64,000 bases of DNA, taken from positions 90,336,001 through 90,400,000 of the forward strand of contig CM059432.1 in the NCBI GenBank assembly GCA_030390025.1, read 5' to 3'. The notes under the pieces were generated by a model, which saw only the letters and a list, made by a program, of their open reading frames with translations, had not been told where the DNA came from and searched no databases. The first letter of the stretch is position 1. Each line of letters opens with the position of its first letter. This stretch comes from Squalus acanthias (lineage: Eukaryota). Below, piece after piece: positions 1 through 11,557 of this stretch. A program made the translations under genes and the position numbers.

Positions 1-65
1 TCAGATAAGGAGATCAAAAGTGTGCACAGTACTCCAGGTGTGGTCTCATCAAAGCCCTGTACAAT
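1..65 (-). mobile_element. CR1 LINE RT fragment cut by the window edge
   Basis: Nearly identical to the CR1 segment at ~53620-53682 (reverse strand reads LYRAL.RPHLEYCA.F..PYL). Confidence 0.75.
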
Positions 66-149
66 TGAACTATAAGAATACTGAATATGGTGATTGTCAA
101 GATTGTGACTTAGCCACAACGAAATAATATCTCTTTCTTTGTCTTCCAG

Positions 150-1125
150 GGCCTTCACGCGCACAGCAAGTGTCGCAGGACATCTATGAGGACGATTCCT
201 CAGAAGACCTCATTCCTTCTGAGGGTGCACCATCACAGGACCTACAGCATGCACCAACACAGATACTTTCACTTTGGTAGGTCCACTTAGACAGTTAGTT
301 GGGTTTTAATCTGGTGATTCGCACCTCACAAGTGAGCACAAGCAGACACTGGTGGCAGAAACAGCTGTGGAGAGTCCGCTTCAGGGGATGCAATCCTCTC
401 CAAGCTCTACTCAGCTGGACACAGATGCTGAACCCTGGGGGCTTTCATTGAGAAGGAGAATACTAGAGGTGCATCAGTAATTTAGCCAGGTACTGACAGA
501 CATGCCACGCACTCTCTCCACAATAACAGAGAAGATAGAGGAGTCCAACTCGATCACTAGTGGATTGCTGGTGCAGTGAATTGCAAGAATGTCTGCCATG
601 GAGAGAGAGTCCGCTCCCTTGGAGCTTCAAGCAAGGCTCTCAAATGAGTCTATGCAGGCCATGACCACAGATGTGCAGACTTTGGATGCCAACTTGTCTG
701 CCGCCTTAAACATGATGACAGATACCTTATCCATGGCCTTATAACATTTCACTGATCTTCACCAATCTGGTCTGCAGCAGAGTGGTAGGAGTGATGTGGC
801 GCTGATTAGAGATAGGGATGATGGCGAAAGGGGACATGGAAGTGGGAACTCCACTCAAAGCGCTCCCACTTCTCACCTGTTGCTCCCCTTCCCAGCCAGT
901 ACCTGACATGCTGCCTCGTCACCCAATGGCCAAATCTGCCCCTGCACAGGTGTAGGTGGAGCAGTCTTTTTGGGGTGCTCAGGGGCTACAAAACCAAGAG
1001 GTCATAGGTCAAAAACATCTCAGCAGTCAAGGTAGGGATCTGAACAGCCTGCCCGTACCTCTGCTGAAGCCACACGGGATGCACCACGTAGAAGCGGTAG
1101 GAAGCGTAAGTTGAAGAAATTGTAA
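150..1125 (+). pseudogene. Decayed last exon of a putative Harbinger Myb/SANT-partner gene
   Basis: Acceptor tttctttgtcttccAG (148-149). Reads PSRAQQVSQDIYEDDSSEDLIPSEG..., ends in an NLS-like APRRSGRKRKLKKL* (TAA 1123-1125); stops and frameshifts inside. Assignment rests on its position next to the transposase remnant. Confidence 0.45.
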
Positions 1126-1425
1126 TTCACCAAGGGTATGCACATGGGTGTTTGACAAAATGTTATGTTGTTGATTCCTTTTTTTTTTATAATGCTGCAC
1201 AAAATTTAAAGATTTGCACCATTCCACATCTTGCCCATTCTTGCATCCCGAGGGCCAACTCATCCTTTCACTTATTTCATGATGAATGTCAATACATGCT
1301 GGGATCCATTGGGTGGTTGTGCAATGGGTGGATGAGTGGTTAAAGCACTGTTTAATGGAAAGGGAGAAGACGGTTGGTGCTGGTGGTGGAAGCGGACCGT
1401 AGGATTTCATTTCTTACGTTTCACG

Positions 1426-1620
1426 CTAGGTGAACCTTTGCAATATTAGGGCATCCCTGGCATCCCAGGCAGCAATGTAAGCAGCTGGTCTGGCAATGGA
1501 TGCCCCATCTTCATCCTCCTGCTCCTCCTCCTCCATGTTTTCCTCATCTGAAGATGAGTGATAAGCCCCTTTTTCCTCCTTTACCTGCAAACCTCCCTCC
1601 TGTGGACCTCTCTACTGTGC
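1426..1620 (-). pseudogene. Harbinger (HARBI1-like) transposase C-terminal remnant
   Basis: Minus strand reads HSSSDEENMEEEEQEDEDGASIARPAAYIAAWDARDALILQRFT*: acidic tract plus the R.ALI..RF* end typical of Harbinger transposases. DDE core is absent. Confidence 0.65.
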
Positions 1621-2175
1621 ACATGCTGATCCCACCACAGCACGTTGTCACGGCCGTTGATGGTGATGGTTTTCCTCTTCTGATGTGTTGTCAAACACAT
1701 CCAAGGCACCTCCCATCCTGATCTTATCAATTTGAAATCCTCCAAGGTGGAAAAAAGCTGTATCCAAGGACACTCTGCCAGACATTTGCCAGAGGGAACT
1801 GAGACAGCAGCTGCAATTAGTGAGGTTTTATTCAGATGGGACAATGACAAGAATAAATACCCACTTGAACTGCTGCTCAAAGTTGCCTCTGTTTCCCTTG
1901 TCAGTTTCCTGAGCCCCAGGAAACCCATGCTGCTGAAGTAAAATTTGGAGCCAAGTTAAAAACAATTTAAAAATACCCCATTAACATCTCCTAAGTACGT
2001 TAATTGAGTCAATAACTACCCGACCGCATCAAATTAGGAAATCTTTGACTTCAGCAAGTAGGTTTCTTGCTGGCATCCAAATGCAGAGCTGAGTTGCGCT
2101 TCCACTCTAAAAATCAATAATTTTTATCCCCATCTGCTTCCAATCTACTCGTTCTTGGAGGTTAAAATTCCCCCC

Positions 2176-2760
2176 ATAGAGTACAAAAGCAAGGAAGTTT
2201 TGCTAAACCTTTAGAAATCACTGTTTAGGCCTCAGCTGGAGTATTGTGTCCCACACTATAGGAAGGATGTGAACACCTTGGAGAGGGTGCAGAGGAGATT
2301 TACTAGAATTGTACCAGGATTGAGGGACTTCAGTGGGGACACTGGAGAAGCTGGGATTGTTCTTTTTAGAGCAGAGAAGATTAAGGGGAGATTTAATAGA
2401 GCTGTTCAAAATTATTAAAGGTTTTGATAGAGTAGATAGGGAGAAACTGTTTCCACTGGCAGGAGAGTTGATAACCAGAGGACACAGATTTAAGATAATT
2501 GGCAAAAGAACCAAGAGGGAGATGGGAAGACTTTTTTTAATGCAGCGAGTTGTTATAATCTGGAATTGACTGCCTGAAAGGCTGGTGGAAGCAGATTCAA
2601 TAATAACTTTCGAAAGATAATTGGATATATACTTGAAAAGGAAAAATTTGCAGGGCTATGGGGAAAAAGCAGGGGAGTGGTCTAATTGGAAAGCTCTTTC
2701 AAAGAGTCAGCACAGGCACGATGGGCTGAATGGCCTCTTCTTGTGCTGTAAGATTCTATG
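2176..2760 (+). mobile_element. CR1 LINE 3' fragment
   Basis: LEKLGLFFLEQRRLRGDLIELFKI...; ends in an ATTCTATG-type tail. Confidence 0.85.
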
Positions 2761-3044
2761 AATTCCAGGTTATCTTTGGAGAGCTAAAGAAGGCAATTAT
2801 TTGCACCTGATGAACAGAAAGAAAATAAAGAAAGACTTGCATTTATAAAGCACCTTTCACGACCACAGGACATCCTCAATTGAACAAAGATGTACATACA
2901 TAGGTGTGATATAGGCAAGCTGTTTCAAAACCAAACAGCAGAAGGAACTGCTGATTAGCCATCAAACACCAGAAAGGTCATGGGTGAAAATAGTTGTGAG
3001 CTGTTTGTAGCAGTTAGAAAAAACTATCTCCGCTTTTTGGGGAT

Positions 3045-3940
3045 TCTAGGATTAGGGGGCATAGTCTAAAAATTAGAGCCAGGCCTTTCAGGAGTGATGT
3101 TAGGAAACACTTCTACACACAAAGGGTGGTAGATGTTTGGAACTCTCTTCACAAATGGCAATTGATGCGAGGTCAATTGTTAATTTTAAATCTGAGATTG
3201 ATAGATATTTGTTAACCAAAGGTATTGGGAAAAGGTGGGTATATGGAGTTAGCTCACAGATCAGCCATGATCTCATTGAATGGCAGAACAGGCTTGAGGG
3301 GCTAAATGGCTTACTCCTGTTCCTATGTTCCTATCTTGTATGTTATAATTATTACTCTGATTATATTGTCTTATAAAAATGGGAAAGAAGCTCAAAACCA
3401 AGATGAAAGCTCATTACCTAAGTAAGGATATACTTGCCTTAGAGGGAGTGCAACGAAGATTCACTAGACTGAATCCTGGGATGAGGGGATTGTCCTATGG
3501 GGAGAGATCGAGTAGACTAGGCCTATATTCCCTACAGTTTAGAAGAGTGAGAGGTGATCTCATTGAAATGTATAGAATTCTTAAGTGGCTTGCCAGGATA
3601 GATGCTGGGAGGATGTTTCCCCTGACTGGGGAGTTTAGAACTAGGGGGTCACAGTCTCAGAATAAGGGGTCACCATTTTGGACTGAGATGAGGAGAAATT
3701 TCTTCACTCAAAGAGTTGTGGATCTTTGGAATTCTCTACCCCAGAGGGCTGTGGATGCTCAGTTGTTGAGTATATTCAAGACAGAGATCAATAGATTTTT
3801 GGATACTAAGGGAACCAAGGGATATGGGTATAGTGCAGGAATGTGGAGTTGAGGTAGAAGATCAGCCATGATCTTATTGAATAGTGGAGTAGGCTCGAAG
3901 GGCCGAATGGCCTACTCCAGCTCCTATTTCTTATGTTCCT
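3045..3940 (+). mobile_element. Two CR1 LINE 3' fragments in tandem (~3045-3332 and ~3410-3940)
   Basis: ORF 3379..3852 has DILALEGVQRRFTRL...NFFTQRVVDLWNSLP; both pieces end ...CTACTCC...TATGTTCCT. Confidence 0.85.
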
Positions 3941-4019
3941 ATTTTGCACAGCATGGTATTCCAAATAAGGATATTTCAGACAACAAAACACCATTTAACT
4001 TAAGAGAATTCCAACAGTT

Positions 4020-4271
4020 TGTGCAACTGGTTCACTAATGTCCTTTAGGGAAGGAAATCTGTAGTTCTTACCCGGTCTGGCCTATATGCGGCTCCAGTCC
4101 CACACCAGCATAGTTGATTCTGCCTTCTGATGTGGCCTAGCAGCCATTCAATTGTATCAAGCTGCTCAATGGTTCAAAAAGAAAGCCCACCACCACTTTC
4201 TCAGGGCAACTAGGGATGGGCAATAAATGCCAGCCTTGCCAGTGACATCGACATCCCATGAATGAAAAAAA
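4020..4271 (+). mobile_element. SINE 3' part (MetaSINE/SlmI-like core) sharing its tail with LINE family B
   Basis: Core CTGGTTCACTAATGTCCTTTAGGGAAGGAAATCTG..., then CACCACCAC..CTCAGGGCAACTAGGGATGGGCAATAAATGC tail like that of family B. Family name is from memory. Confidence 0.6.
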
Positions 4272-4279
4272 GTACAATT

Positions 4280-4935
4280 TCAGTCGTCACTAGCTCAACA
4301 AGATGCAATACACCGTGTGTGATAATGGACAGCTCACCATCTCAAGGACTATTTGGAAGATGAACCGAGGCACTCTTCACTGCAGCAAGCTGACTTCTAA
4401 AGTTGAAGACAGTAAGTGATATAAAAGGGCAGCTCTACCTTAGAAAAGCCAAACAGACCCTGCAGTACAATAAAGGTAGCAAAGTGCTTGATAAGCTTAG
4501 AGAAAGAAAAGGTATTAGATTTCAGCTGCAACAAAAAAGGAAACAGGTAGCAGCACAAGTGCAACAGCACGTGGCTGTGAGATCCTGAAACAGAAGAACT
4601 GAAGATGAAAGGATCTTCAGGAGAAAGCAGAGACACCTACAGGAAACAGAACCATTATTTGTGCAGACACACACAAGTCTGATTATACACTCCATAACCA
4701 AAGTGGAACTATCCAGCTGGTCCACAATAAACAAATCACAGCCACATAATCGCAAACAGAGAGCGAGAGAAGAAAAGACTCTCTGGTAATCAACAAAACA
4801 GTGAACATACGAATATACCCAGAACAGCAACTAAAATTTCTGATGGAAAAGACTCCTATCAACACTACAAATAACAAACTCATTACGTTACAATAAAGAG
4901 TGGTAGAGTAGTGCGAAAATCTATAACAATAATCT
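4280..4935 (+). mobile_element. Degenerate Gypsy/Ty3 LTR retrotransposon, integrase C-terminal region
   Basis: Frameshifted motifs NTP...SP.Q.LFGR, YNKGSKVLDKL...IRFQ, TEDERIFRRKQRHL and KSGRVVRK match the Gypsy pol end. No LTR pair recognised. Confidence 0.6.
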
Positions 4936-5229
4936 TATTTATCAGTGACTTTGAACTGTTAGCACTGGAACTGTCGAAGTTTATAGTTAATATGCACATT
5001 TACACTGTTGTTAACCTTATATAACCTTTTATTTTCTTTTGAGAAGGATGATGTATCGATATTGGTGTAATTTTGCATCCAAAGTCAAGCACAAGTTATT
5101 CCTATCTGTTCCCTCTGACCTGGAAGTGTTTGTATGATTGGCTATTGCATGTTGTTAGTTTCAACTGGCTGAGCAAAAATAGCAAAATAAGATCTGAAGT
5201 CACTAGTTTGCTATCGACTGAACGTATTA

Positions 5230-5510
5230 ACAAACATTATAGAAGAAGATCAAGAAAGAAAAAGAAAAAATCAGCAGAAGGAAAGAGGAGGTGGGGAGAG
5301 AAAGACATAGACAGAGAGAAACAGATAGTAAATGAGACATAGACAGAGAAAAAAAGAGACAGAATAGATGATTCCATTATCTGGTGATCCCATGGGAAAT
5401 CATGGGCATGCAGGAAAAAGAGAAAGAAAGAGACAGGAAAAAGGAGAAAAATATATATAGAGAGAGAAAACTGAGGGAAAGAAAATCACAGAGAAAGACA
5501 GACAGATAGA
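5230..5510 (+). repeat. Purine-rich (GA/A-rich) low-complexity tract
   Basis: Repeated AGAGA/GAAAA units. Confidence 0.7.
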
Positions 5511-5570
5511 GTAATGGTAGGTATTGTCTGACAAATCTAGGTGAATCGTTTTGAGAAGGTCACTGGCATG

Positions 5571-5720
5571 CAATGTTCCGCCTAAGCTGCATGGCCGCGC
5601 AAGAATGGGAAAGGTCCTGCACAGGCCGCTCACCGGCTTCTCCATTGTAAATACCGCACATGCGCAGAAATTTAAAGAAACAGGCCGTTCAAAATAAAGC
5701 GCAGCTTACAGGAAACATTG
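5571..5720. mobile_element. hAT-type MITE (150 bp)
   Basis: TIRs CAATGTTCCGCCTAAGCTGC / GCAGCTTACAGGAAACATTG; perfect 8-bp TSD CTGGCATG (5563-5570 and 5721-5728). Confidence 0.9.
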
Positions 5721-5760
5721 CTGGCATGGTAGGTGGATGAGTTTCTATGGATGTTGTCTA

Positions 5761-7117
5761 TATCAGTCTACTCTCAATCATCAGCAAAGTGATGGAAGGT
5801 GTCATCAACAGTGTTATCAAGGGACACTTACTCACCAATAACCTGCTCACTGATGCTCAGTTTGGGTTCCACTCAGCTCCAGACATCATTACGGCCTTGG
5901 TCCAAACATGGACAAAAGAGCTGAATTCCAGAGGTGAGGTGAGAGTGACTGCCTTTGATATCAAGGCAGCATTTGACCGAGTGTGGCATCAAGGTGCCCT
6001 AGTAAAATTGAAGTCAATGGGAATCGGGGGGGAAAACTCTCCACTGGCTGGAGTCATACCTAGCACAAAGGAAGATGGTTGTGGTTGTGGGAAGCCAATC
6101 ATCTCAGCCGCAGGATATCGCTGCAGGAGATCCTCAGGGCAGTGTCCTAGGCCCAACCATTTTCAGCTGCTTCATCAATGATCTTCTCTCCAACATAAGG
6201 TCAGAAGTGGGGATGTTTGCTGATGATTGGACAGTGTTCAGTTCCATTCACAACTCCTCAGATAATGAAGTAGTTGGTGCCCACATGCAGCAAGACCTTG
6301 GACAACATTCAGGCTTGGACTGATAAGTGGCAAGTAACACTTGCACCACACAAGTGCCAGGCAATGACCAGCTCCAACAAGAGATAGTCCAACCACCGCC
6401 CCTTGACATTCAACGGCATTACCATCGGCGAATCTCCCACCATCAACATCCTGGGGGTCACCATTGACCAGAAACTCAACTGATCAGCCACATAAATACT
6501 GTGGCTACAAGAGCAGGTCAGAGGCTGGGTATTCTGCAGCGAGTGTCTCACCTCCTGACTGCCCAAAACTTTTCCACCACGTACAAGGCAAAAGTCAGGA
6601 GTGTGATGGAATACTCTCCACTTGCCTGGATGAGTACACCTTCAACAACACTCGAGAAGCTCGACACCATCCAAGACAAAACAGCCCGCTAGATCAGCAC
6701 CCCATCCACCACCTTAAACATTCACTCCCTCCACCATGGCGTACCGTGGCTGCAGTGTGTACCATCTACAAGATGCATTGCAGCAACTCGTCAAGGCTTC
6801 TTCGGCAGCACCTTCCAAACCCGCGACCTCTACCACCTAGAAGGACAAGGACATCAGGCATATGGGAACACCACCACCTCCAAGTTCCCCTCCAAGTCAC
6901 ACCTCAGCCTGACTTGGAAATATATTGCCGTTCCTTCATCGTCGCTGGGTCAAAATCCTGGAGCTCCCTTGCTAACAGCACTGTGGGAATAACTTCGCCA
7001 CATGGACTGCAGCGGTTCAAGAAGGTGGCTCACCACCACCTTCTCAAGGGCAATTAGGGATGGGCAATAAATGCTGTCCTTGCCAGTGATGCCCACATCC
7101 CATGAATGAATAAAAAA
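5761..7117 (+). mobile_element. LINE family B (CR1/L2 group), 5'-truncated
   Basis: ISLLSIISKVMEG, DIKAAFDRVWHQG, PQGSVLGP, MFADD; ends HHHLLKGN*, stem-loop and ATGAATGAATAAAAAA. Confidence 0.9.
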
Positions 7118-7230
7118 TATGGACTTTGAGAAGGCCTTTGATTCTACATTATTATCAAAAATGAAAGGGCACGGAATTGGAGGTGACCTTGTGAAATGTT
7201 TGGTAATTGGTTGGAAGGTAGGAGACCAAG

Positions 7231-7956
7231 GGGGAAAAATTCGGTTGCGTTGTGCTTCCCGTTAGCGTCCTGCGCTAATGGGGCGCAAAGCATTTAGCAC
7301 AAGGGCACAGCGACGCTGACTCCTCCCGCAAAATTCAATGGGAGGTTAGCGGCGGCGGTACCGGTAGTGCCCTGTGGCGGTGCGCCTCCGGTGATGACAT
7401 CATAGCCGTGTGCAATGCCCCGCTCGCACCCCGGCTGCAAACTTGGCTCGCGCCCCCTGACCTACCGCCAGACGCTATGTCTGACAAGGTCAGGGTGGCA
7501 TTTTTGCGGCTGGGGTGGCGCAAATTAAAGGGCAGGTGCCGGGCGGCCATTTTTTTGGGCCGCCTGCCAGCAACTGCCCCCTCTCACCTCCTCCTGCGGG
7601 GTGACGGCCGTGATCGGGCAGCCCGGCAGTCCTCTTGAGCGCCGGGCTCTTTTGCCGGCACCCTGCTCTCCGGTGGTCCAGCAGGGCCCCGGTGCACGCT
7701 GCGCTAGTCCCCTCCCCTTTAATCAGTGGAGGGAGGCCTGCAGTACCGCGGCATTCCGTGCCGGCGCGCGTGGTGCCGCGATATTGAATGGGAGCGCCCC
7801 AAGTTGGAGGGGGAGTGCTTCCAGTAGCGCCCCGCCTCCTGCTTGGGGCGGTACCATTCAATTTTGGGCGTGGGGGCGCTAACTATTTCGGGGCACTACT
7901 TTTAGTGCCCTGGCGAAGTTATCGCCCCAAAGTGGGTGTGAGCAAATTTTTGCCCC
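7231..7956. mobile_element. GC-rich Harbinger-like MITE
   Basis: Ends GGGGAAAAATT / AATTTTTGCCCC; 3-bp TSD AAG (7228-7230 and 7957-7959); interrupts the CR1 RT. Confidence 0.8.
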
Positions 7957-8724
7957 AAGGTAGGGATAAAGGGAACATTTTCTAATTGGTGGGATGTGAC
8001 AAGTGGTGTTCCCCAGGAATCTATACTGGGGCCTCAGAGTTTTGCTATATATATTACTAACGTGGATGAAGGAATAGAGAGTTGTATATGTAAGATTGCA
8101 CATGACATTAAGTTAGGAGGTACAATAAGTTGTGTGGATAGGAGCAGGAAGTTACAAAGGGACATAGACAGACTAAGTGAGTGAACAAAAGTATAGCCAA
8201 TGGAGTTCAATTAGGGAAGTGTGAGCTCATCCACTTGGGATCCAAGAAAGTCAAATCGGAATATTTTCTTAATGGGGAGAGCCATGGAGGAGCAAAGGGT
8301 TTTAGGTGTCCATGTATACAAATCACTAAAAGCTAGTGCACATGTACAAAAACGTAATCAAAAAAGACTAATGGAATGTTGGCCTTTATCTTAAAGGGCT
8401 TGGAATGGAAAAGTGAGGCATTTATGCTTCAGTTGTACAGAGACTTGGTTAGACCCTATCTGGAGTATTGCGTTCAGTTTTGGGCAACGCACCTCAGGAA
8501 AAATATATTGGCCCTGGTAGGTGTACAGTGCAGATTCGCCAGAATTATACCAGGGCTTAAAGGGTTAAATTAGGAGGACAGGTTGCATATGCTTGGTCAA
8601 AGTTTCAAAATGTTTCTTCAGATAAAGTTTGTATTGAGTTTTTTTAATAAGAAAGGCTGTCTATGTGAGACAGAAAGAGAAAGAAACAGGCAGAACCCTC
8701 AAACATAACAATCTACACACCTAC

Positions 8725-8835
8725 AATCTCCACCCGGTGGAAAACTGGCAGGATTGGGTTGCCCATCTGTGTAAAATGGCTACTTGACCTGATCCTGTCA
8801 GTTTCCCACTGGGAGGTTTAGGTTAAAATCACCCC
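8725..8835. mobile_element. Small palindromic MITE remnant
   Basis: Inverted repeat CCCGGTGGAAAACTGGCAGGATTGGGT / ACCTGATCCTGTCAGTTTCCCACTGGG; right end GGTTAAAATCACCCC. Confidence 0.6.
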
Positions 8836-9204
8836 ATGTCTATGTATAATAGTATTTCAGATTGTGTGTTTTTGAAAATGATTTGTAGTATAGAAACTGG
8901 ACAATGAATTGGAGCAGATTTTCAACTGAACTTTTAAATAAAAAGCTATTTGTTTTTCTTATTTTAGAGAGCCAATATGTGACAGAGAGATAGTGGGAGA
9001 GTTTTAGTCCTGGAAAGCAAATTCCTGTTTACATATGATTTGTTTTTACAGCTGCAGGGGTGGTGGAAGGGAAGCAGGAATCAAATTCCAGAAGCCGCGC
9101 AAGTTTTTTTTGTATTTTAACCTGATAACAAAGTTAACCATTTTGTTATCAGTTGTTTTTTAGTCGGAAATAATCGGGCCCAACTTTAACTGCAGTCAAG
9201 TTTC

Positions 9205-10275
9205 GGTGGGTGAGGTAACCCCCAAAAACAGGTGGGTTTGGATCAGGTGGGAAGTTAAAATGTTAAAAATTTTAAACACGATCCCAACCCGCCTACTTCT
9301 GGTTTTAACGGAAGTGGGACGAGGGGCGGACGACCAATCTGCCCTTTTAAGGAGTCTGCGTGCCTCCATTTTAACATGATTTCTATTTTTAACCCATGTC
9401 AGCCGGGTTTCCCTGGTCTCGGGAAACCCAGCCGGTAAAAAGAGGCGAGAAGGGCTGGATCATAAGGTAAGTGCCTTTACAGCACTACTTGTGGGCCAGG
9501 AGGAGCTGGAGTATTTCCTCCAGGCCCAACAAGCTACCCACCGCGATCTCTCCACTCCCGCTCTCCCCGATCTCTCCGCTACCACCACCATCCCAGTCCA
9601 TCTCTCCGCTGCCCCCGGATCTCTTCGCTCCCCCGATCTCTCTGCTTCCCTCCCCATATCTCCGCTCCACCACCTACCTGCTTCGTGGCTGCGGCCGCAG
9701 GATTTCCCGCTCGACAGGCAAACCAGGCTGTCATTTTAAATGGGGAGAGCTGTGGAGGAGCATTTTAAATGCCACTGGCCCGCTTCCCGCCTGTTCCAGA
9801 GGCAGGAAGACGGTGGGAAGTGGCTTAAATTCGCGTGGACCTGATGCCACCCGGCAAGTCCAGGTAAATGGCAGGATTGGCTGCCGGACTGTTCCGCAAG
9901 CTTCCCTAAGATGGGGTAGGGGGGAATTCTCCTGGCCCCACAAGAAAGAAACAAAAAAAATGGGAACTTACCTTTTGGGCCTTTACAGGCCCTGATCCAT
10001 TTCCTCACTGGGTTGACCTGGCGAGAAACTCGCTGCCGCCCCCTGTTAAATATTGCCATTGGGTCCCGATGATGTCATTGAGAATCAACATGCATATGTT
10101 AAAAAGGACCTCGCCAGCTTTGGTGGGGGGGGTGTCCTTGCCACTTGCTCAGTGGAGCAGGTTAAAATAGCGGCAGGTCAACTCCCAGCAACATCAGGGC
10201 AGATAAGCGACCTAGGCAGTTTTTACTGACCATCTGGCGCCTGGATTCCAACAGGCAAGAAGGGTTAATATTGCC
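9205..10275. mobile_element. Harbinger-like non-autonomous element related to 33379-34239
   Basis: First ~280 bp align by eye with 33379-33680 (GTTAAA.TGTTAAAAATTT...GGTTTTAACGGA; TAAGTGCCTTTACA); C-rich internal repeats; right end GGGTTAATATTGCC. Confidence 0.65.
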
Positions 10276-10894
10276 AATTTAGTCTCTTGTTTCTAATGTT
10301 CTGAGAGGTAATTGTTGGGAGTGTTTATGATTAATAGCAAGACTGGCCATACACAGAGGTTGTTAGTCCCCTTTACTTTCCAAGCAATTTAAAAATTGCT
10401 GACTGAATTTTGTTTAGTTAAATTTAAAAATAAATGGTGTTAAAGCAGCCATGCATTCCACAGAGCCAGAAACACCGAGAGTGAAATTTGGATTTTTTTT
10501 TCCAGCTGTGGTATTTATTTAATCGAAGGAAAACAGTATCTAGTTATTTAAGAGAAACCAATCACAAAACATTGTATTCCGTGTTTGGAGAGATCTCTTA
10601 GAAAGTTACAAACCAGTGCTATCAGACCTGGGAACCCCTGCCCTCAATGCCCTCCCCCAACTCACTGCTGACTAACCCCAGGAATCACTACCGACATTCC
10701 ACACCATTTCTGCAGAGCACAGTACCCCCACTCAAGTGCTACCAAACTCCAGGATCTCCAACCCAGTTCTGTCAACCCCAGGATCATCTCCCCAGTTCTA
10801 CTAATGGCCAGGATTTCCCATGCCACCAAAGGCCACGACCACCCTGAAGTTTTGCTAAACTCCACACCTCTCCCATGTACTGCTAAATATCAGC

Positions 10895-11026
10895 GGCAAT
10901 AATTTCCTCAGGGTTTCATCCAATTGACCACAGTAACTTTGGTGGAAATCCCATTTACACGTGTATCCATGATTTCCGCCAAAGTTACGGCAGCTAATCA
11001 GGAGAAACCCTGAGGAAACTCCCAGC
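10895..11026. mobile_element. Hairpin MITE
   Basis: Nested inverted repeats TTTCCTCAGGGTTTC / GAAACCCTGAGGAAA and GTAACTTTGGTGGAAATC / GATTTCCGCCAAAGTTAC; related half copy at ~19612-19686. Confidence 0.7.
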
Positions 11027-11557
11027 ACAAGTATCGACCACCAGCTGGTATATCTTGCATTCCACCTGGTTGTGTATCCTCGATTTCAACAATGGAAAGG
11101 GATAAAAATTAAGTACATAGGTGAATGAATAAATATATATTAAAAAAGACCACTTATTTACATGTTTCAGAGCAATAGACAGAATCACTGAATTCAAGCC
11201 CAAAGAAATGATGAAAATCCCCAAATACCATGCAATAAAAATGGAATTTGATTTTTAAAATCAATGGCCCTGATAGTACATTGTGAATTAAATGGCATAA
11301 TGCCCCTCACAGCATATCCTCTGAATAATTGTGAGCAACTTCATGGGAGTTCTGCTTGTACGTATTAAAAATAGCAATTGTGTGAAGACCAACTACTAAG
11401 GTGTCCTACTGGTAACTTATCAGCCTGAAAAGTTCTAATTTATGGTAGTTCCCATTTACCTTTCGTTTCCTGTTTTCAAAACAATTATTTATCCAGCAGC
11501 ATAGTTTACCACCCATTTTGTGATTCCTTACCGTAGCCATTAATTGCTGATATTACT

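Larger units (their letters stand above)
66..2175. mobile_element. Internally deleted Harbinger/PIF-type DNA transposon relic
   Basis: Convergent remnants of a partner-gene last exon (+) and a transposase C-terminus (-). Right end GGTTAAAATTCCCCCC (2160-2175) resembles the ends of MITEs elsewhere in the window. Left end not seen. Confidence 0.6.
5520..8600 (+). mobile_element. Old CR1 RT fragment hosting three later insertions
   Basis: F.EKVT...MDVVY breaks at ~5762 and resumes MDFEKAFD at ~7119; VTSGVPQ.S.LGP at ~7996; LVRPYLEYCVQFW at ~8445. Confidence 0.8.

Noticed and set aside
6464..7057. His-rich protein family ending HHHLLKGN repeated across the window
   Set aside because: This is the ORF2 C-terminus of LINE family B, not a host gene family.
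7335..7985. Overlapping GC-rich ORFs or a CpG-island gene (also 9460-10059 and 33706-34226)
   Set aside because: They lie inside MITE-like elements, and ORFs in many frames are expected from GC-rich, stop-poor sequence.
10620..10850. Repeat array of CCAGGA.C / CCCAGTTCT units (CRISPR-like?)
   Set aside because: Units are short, irregular and degenerate, with no constant repeat-spacer period or cas genes; at most a decayed minisatellite.
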